Source: Candidatus Bipolaricaulota bacterium
GTDB lineage: Bacteria > Bipolaricaulota > Bipolaricaulia > UBA7950 > UBA9294
Direction of reading: 5' to 3'
Assembly: GCA_026390315.1 (NCBI GenBank)
Contig: JAPLGE010000061.1
Coordinates: 1 to 40,920, forward strand
DNA length: 40,920 nucleotides
In this document: one piece after another, positions 39,087-40,920 of the stretch
Position numbering within the stretch: position 1 is the first letter of the stretch
Layout: the number at the start of each line of letters is the position of its first letter
The notes under the pieces: generated by a model
The model's database searches: none
What the model was told of the DNA's origin: nothing
Seen by the model: the letters and a program-made list of their open reading frames with translations, nothing else
Program-made: the position numbers and the translations under genes

Positions 39087-40463
39087 TCAGAGCCGGACGG
39101 TTTCGAGCCATGTCGCGACGTGGACCTGCGTCGCGATCTCGCTCTGAATGGCCTTCCTTAGGCTTTCGAGGGACGCGGCCTCCCCGTGGACGAGGAAGAC
39201 CTCGCCGGGGGTCGCCTGTCTCAGCCACTCCACCAGTGCCGGTTGGTCCGCGTGGGCGGAGAAGCCGTTGACGGTAGCGACCATCGCACGAACAACCGTC
39301 TCCTCGCCGAAGAGAGTCACCCGCCGGGCCCCGTCGACAATCGACCGTCCGAGGGTCCCGTCCGCTTGGTAGCCCACAAAGAGAATTCCCGAGTCCTCTC
39401 GCCACAGGTTGTGGCGGAGGTGATGGAGGATCCGCCCCCCCGTGCACATGCCGCTCCCGGCGATGATGACGTTCCTCTGCCTCAGCGCGTTGATCTCCTT
39501 AGACTCCTCGGTCGTCTGCGCGTAGTGCAGGAGTGGAAACGAGAACGGATTCGGCGTCCGGGAGAAGACCTCGCGACCGTCCGCATCGAAGTAGTCGAGA
39601 TAGCGCGCGAAGATCCGCGTGGTAGCGATCGCAAGCGGGCTATCGAGGAACACCCGGCACTCCGGCAGCTCCCCGCGCCGCCAGAGGGAGAAGAGTTCGT
39701 ACAGGACCTCCTGAGTCCGCTCGAGTGCGAAGGAAGGGATGAGCAGGTTCCCTCCCCGCCCCAGCACCGTCTCCGCGACGGTCTTCATCTCCGCCACCGA
39801 TTCCTCGAGGGATCGATGCCGTCGGTTTCCGTAGGTGCTTTCCACTAGAACGAGGTCAGCGTGCGGGGGAGCGCTTGGGCTCTTGACGAGCGGGCGGTGG
39901 GCGTTCCCGAGGTCGCCGCTGTAGAGGAGAGACTTCCCTTCCGCTCGCACTTCCACGCACGCCGATCCGAGGATGTGTCCGGCGTCGTGCAGGATCACGT
40001 CGACGCCGCGTTTCAGGGTCACCGGCTCGTCGTAGCGGACACGGCGGCGGAAGGCGTCCAGGCTGTCCAAGGCGTCGCCCACGTCGTAGAGAGGGGGCGG
40101 GGCCTCCTCGCCGCGGCGCCGCGCCTTGCGGGCACGGTAGCGCGCCTCCTCGGTTTGGATGTGGGCCGCGTCGACGAGGACGACCCGCGCGATCTCCGCC
40201 GTGGGAGGGGTCGAGATCACGTCGCCGCGGAAGCCTTCGCGAACCAGGCGCGGCAGGAGACCGGCGTGGTCCAGGTGTGCGTGCGAGAGGACCACGAAGT
40301 CGATCCCTCGCGGCTCGAAGGGAAAGGGGGCGCGGTTGCGTGCCTCCACGTCGCGCTGTCCCTGGAAGAGACCGCAATCAAGGAGAATCCGCAGTCCATC
40401 GGCCTCCACCAGGTGACAGGAGCCGGTCACGCTCCCGGCCGCCCCGCAGAAGGTGACTCTCAT
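39087..40463 (-). CDS. beta-CASP family metallo-beta-lactamase-fold ribonuclease (CPSF/RNase J-related)
   Basis: MRVTFCGAAGSVTGSCHLVEADGLRILLDCGLFQG, the HxHxDH motif (LSHAHLDHAG), then beta-CASP and RMMBL-like C-terminal blocks (...GFSAHADQPALVEW). ATG 40463 is preceded by GAGGAGGGG. Confidence 0.88.
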   Translation of the reverse strand: MRVTFCGAAGSVTGSCHLVEADGLRILLDCGLFQGQRDVEARNRAPFPFEPRGIDFVVLSHAHLDHAGLLPRLVREGFRGDVISTPPTAEIARVVLVDAAHIQTEEARYRARKARRRGEEAPPPLYDVGDALDSLDAFRRRVRYDEPVTLKRGVDVILHDAGHILGSACVEVRAEGKSLLYSGDLGNAHRPLVKSPSAPPHADLVLVESTYGNRRHRSLEESVAEMKTVAETVLGRGGNLLIPSFALERTQEVLYELFSLWRRGELPECRVFLDSPLAIATTRIFARYLDYFDADGREVFSRTPNPFSFPLLHYAQTTEESKEINALRQRNVIIAGSGMCTGGRILHHLRHNLWREDSGILFVGYQADGTLGRSIVDGARRVTLFGEETVVRAMVATVNGFSAHADQPALVEWLRQATPGEVFLVHGEAASLESLRKAIQSEIATQVHVATWLETVRL

Positions 40464-40511
40464 GCTTCCCCTCCTCGAATCCTCGCAGACCCGCTCTCCT
40501 GTGCCCACTCC

Positions 40512-40540
40512 ATCCTACGCCGCAGGAGACGGGAGAACAA
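40512..40540 (-). promoter_or_regulatory. sigma-70-like promoter candidate for the beta-CASP RNase gene
   Basis: In minus sense: TTGTTC (40540-40535), 17-nt spacer, TAGGAT (40517-40512). Confidence 0.4.
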
Positions 40541-40596
40541 CCGAGTCCGGCCCATCCCGCACGCCCGCCCCGGCTCTCACAATGGGCGGCGCTCGT

Positions 40597-40625
40597 TTGT
40601 CTCGCAGGGCTCGGCAGTGTACCAT
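40597..40625 (+). promoter_or_regulatory. sigma-70-like promoter candidate for tRNA-Pro
   Basis: TTGTCT (40597-40602), 17-nt spacer, TACCAT (40620-40625), 12 nt upstream of the tRNA 5' end. Confidence 0.45.
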
Positions 40626-40637
40626 GCCGGAAGAAAG

Positions 40638-40714
40638 CGGGACGTGGCGCAGCCTGGTAGCGTGCTTGCATGGGGCGCAAGAGGTCCCCGGTTCAAATCC
40701 GGGCGTCCCGACCA
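40638..40714 (+). tRNA. tRNA-Pro (anticodon GGG), CCA encoded
   Basis: Hand-folded cloverleaf. Acceptor stem CGGGACG/CGTCCCG. D arm GCGC-AGCCTGGTA-GCGT. Anticodon stem CTTGC/GCAAG with loop A-T-GGG-G-C. Variable loop AGGTC. T arm CCCGG-TTCAAAT-CCGGG. Discriminator A, then CCA. Total 77 nt. Confidence 0.9.
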
Positions 40715-40920
40715 GAGCGACGCAAAAGGACTCGATCGCGCGTCCGCCGCGACGATGGAGTCCGACTTCCAGCCCGTGCCACGATGGTCAGCCTTGCCCG
40801 TCGGCGGGGCGCGTCGGCGTGACCGGGCCGGCGTTCACCAGGCAGGCAGGTTTCCAGGGGCTCAGGAGAGACCACCTCGAAGAGGAGAGGACGTGCACCG
40901 AGGCGCGAGAAGCAGAGACT

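Noticed and set aside
40693-40875. 60-aa minus-strand ORF overlapping the tRNA-Pro 3' end, and possible integrated element downstream of the tRNA
   Set aside because: The ORF is Arg/Pro-rich and overlaps the tRNA, so it is not credible. Only about 200 nt follow the tRNA before the window ends. No repeat of the tRNA 3' end and no integrase is visible, so an integration event cannot be assessed.

Overview
GC-rich (about 60-65% by eye) bacterial core-chromosome window, standard code 11, very tightly packed. The centre (10854-33132, minus strand) is one uninterrupted array of 34 genes: rpoC, then the str genes (rpsL, rpsG, fusA), the S10 genes (rpsJ to rpsQ), the spc genes (rplN to rplO, then secY, adk, map, infA, rpmJ) and the alpha genes (rpsM, rpsK, rpsD, rpoA, rplQ). 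No gap in the array exceeds 52 nt and 12 junctions overlap. Upstream of rpoC on the same strand lie an FmdB-type zinc-ribbon gene, a PP-loop family gene with a degenerate ATP motif, long-form hpf, an orphan HerA/DUF87-like ATPase fused to a winged helix, cca, and a beta-CASP metallo-beta-lactamase RNase. A small PKD lipoprotein gene (plus strand) sits between the last two. The left part holds a truncated PKD-domain protein, a ~775-nt gap with no convincing ORF, a hypothetical membrane protein, an RpoD-like sigma factor, topA, a tandem P-loop kinase-like fusion, and a threonine-catabolism cluster (tdh divergent from kbl-ridA-M19 dipeptidase). tRNA-Pro(GGG) lies at the right edge. I saw no CRISPR array, transposase, integrase, phage gene or obvious defence island. 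The unusual points concern gene organisation or single orphan genes. rpoC has no rpoB upstream and abuts rpsL. tuf and rpmD are missing from their canonical slots. rpoC is 1666 aa, with expansions relative to remembered E. coli and Thermus beta-prime. The HerA-like ATPase-wHTH, the double-kinase fusion and the long non-coding gap are uncharacterised. All family calls come from reading motifs in the supplied translations; no database search was run. Many ORF-track starts are GC-driven 5' over-extensions, which I trimmed using conserved N-termini, Shine-Dalgarno (SD) sequences and the stop codon of the upstream gene.
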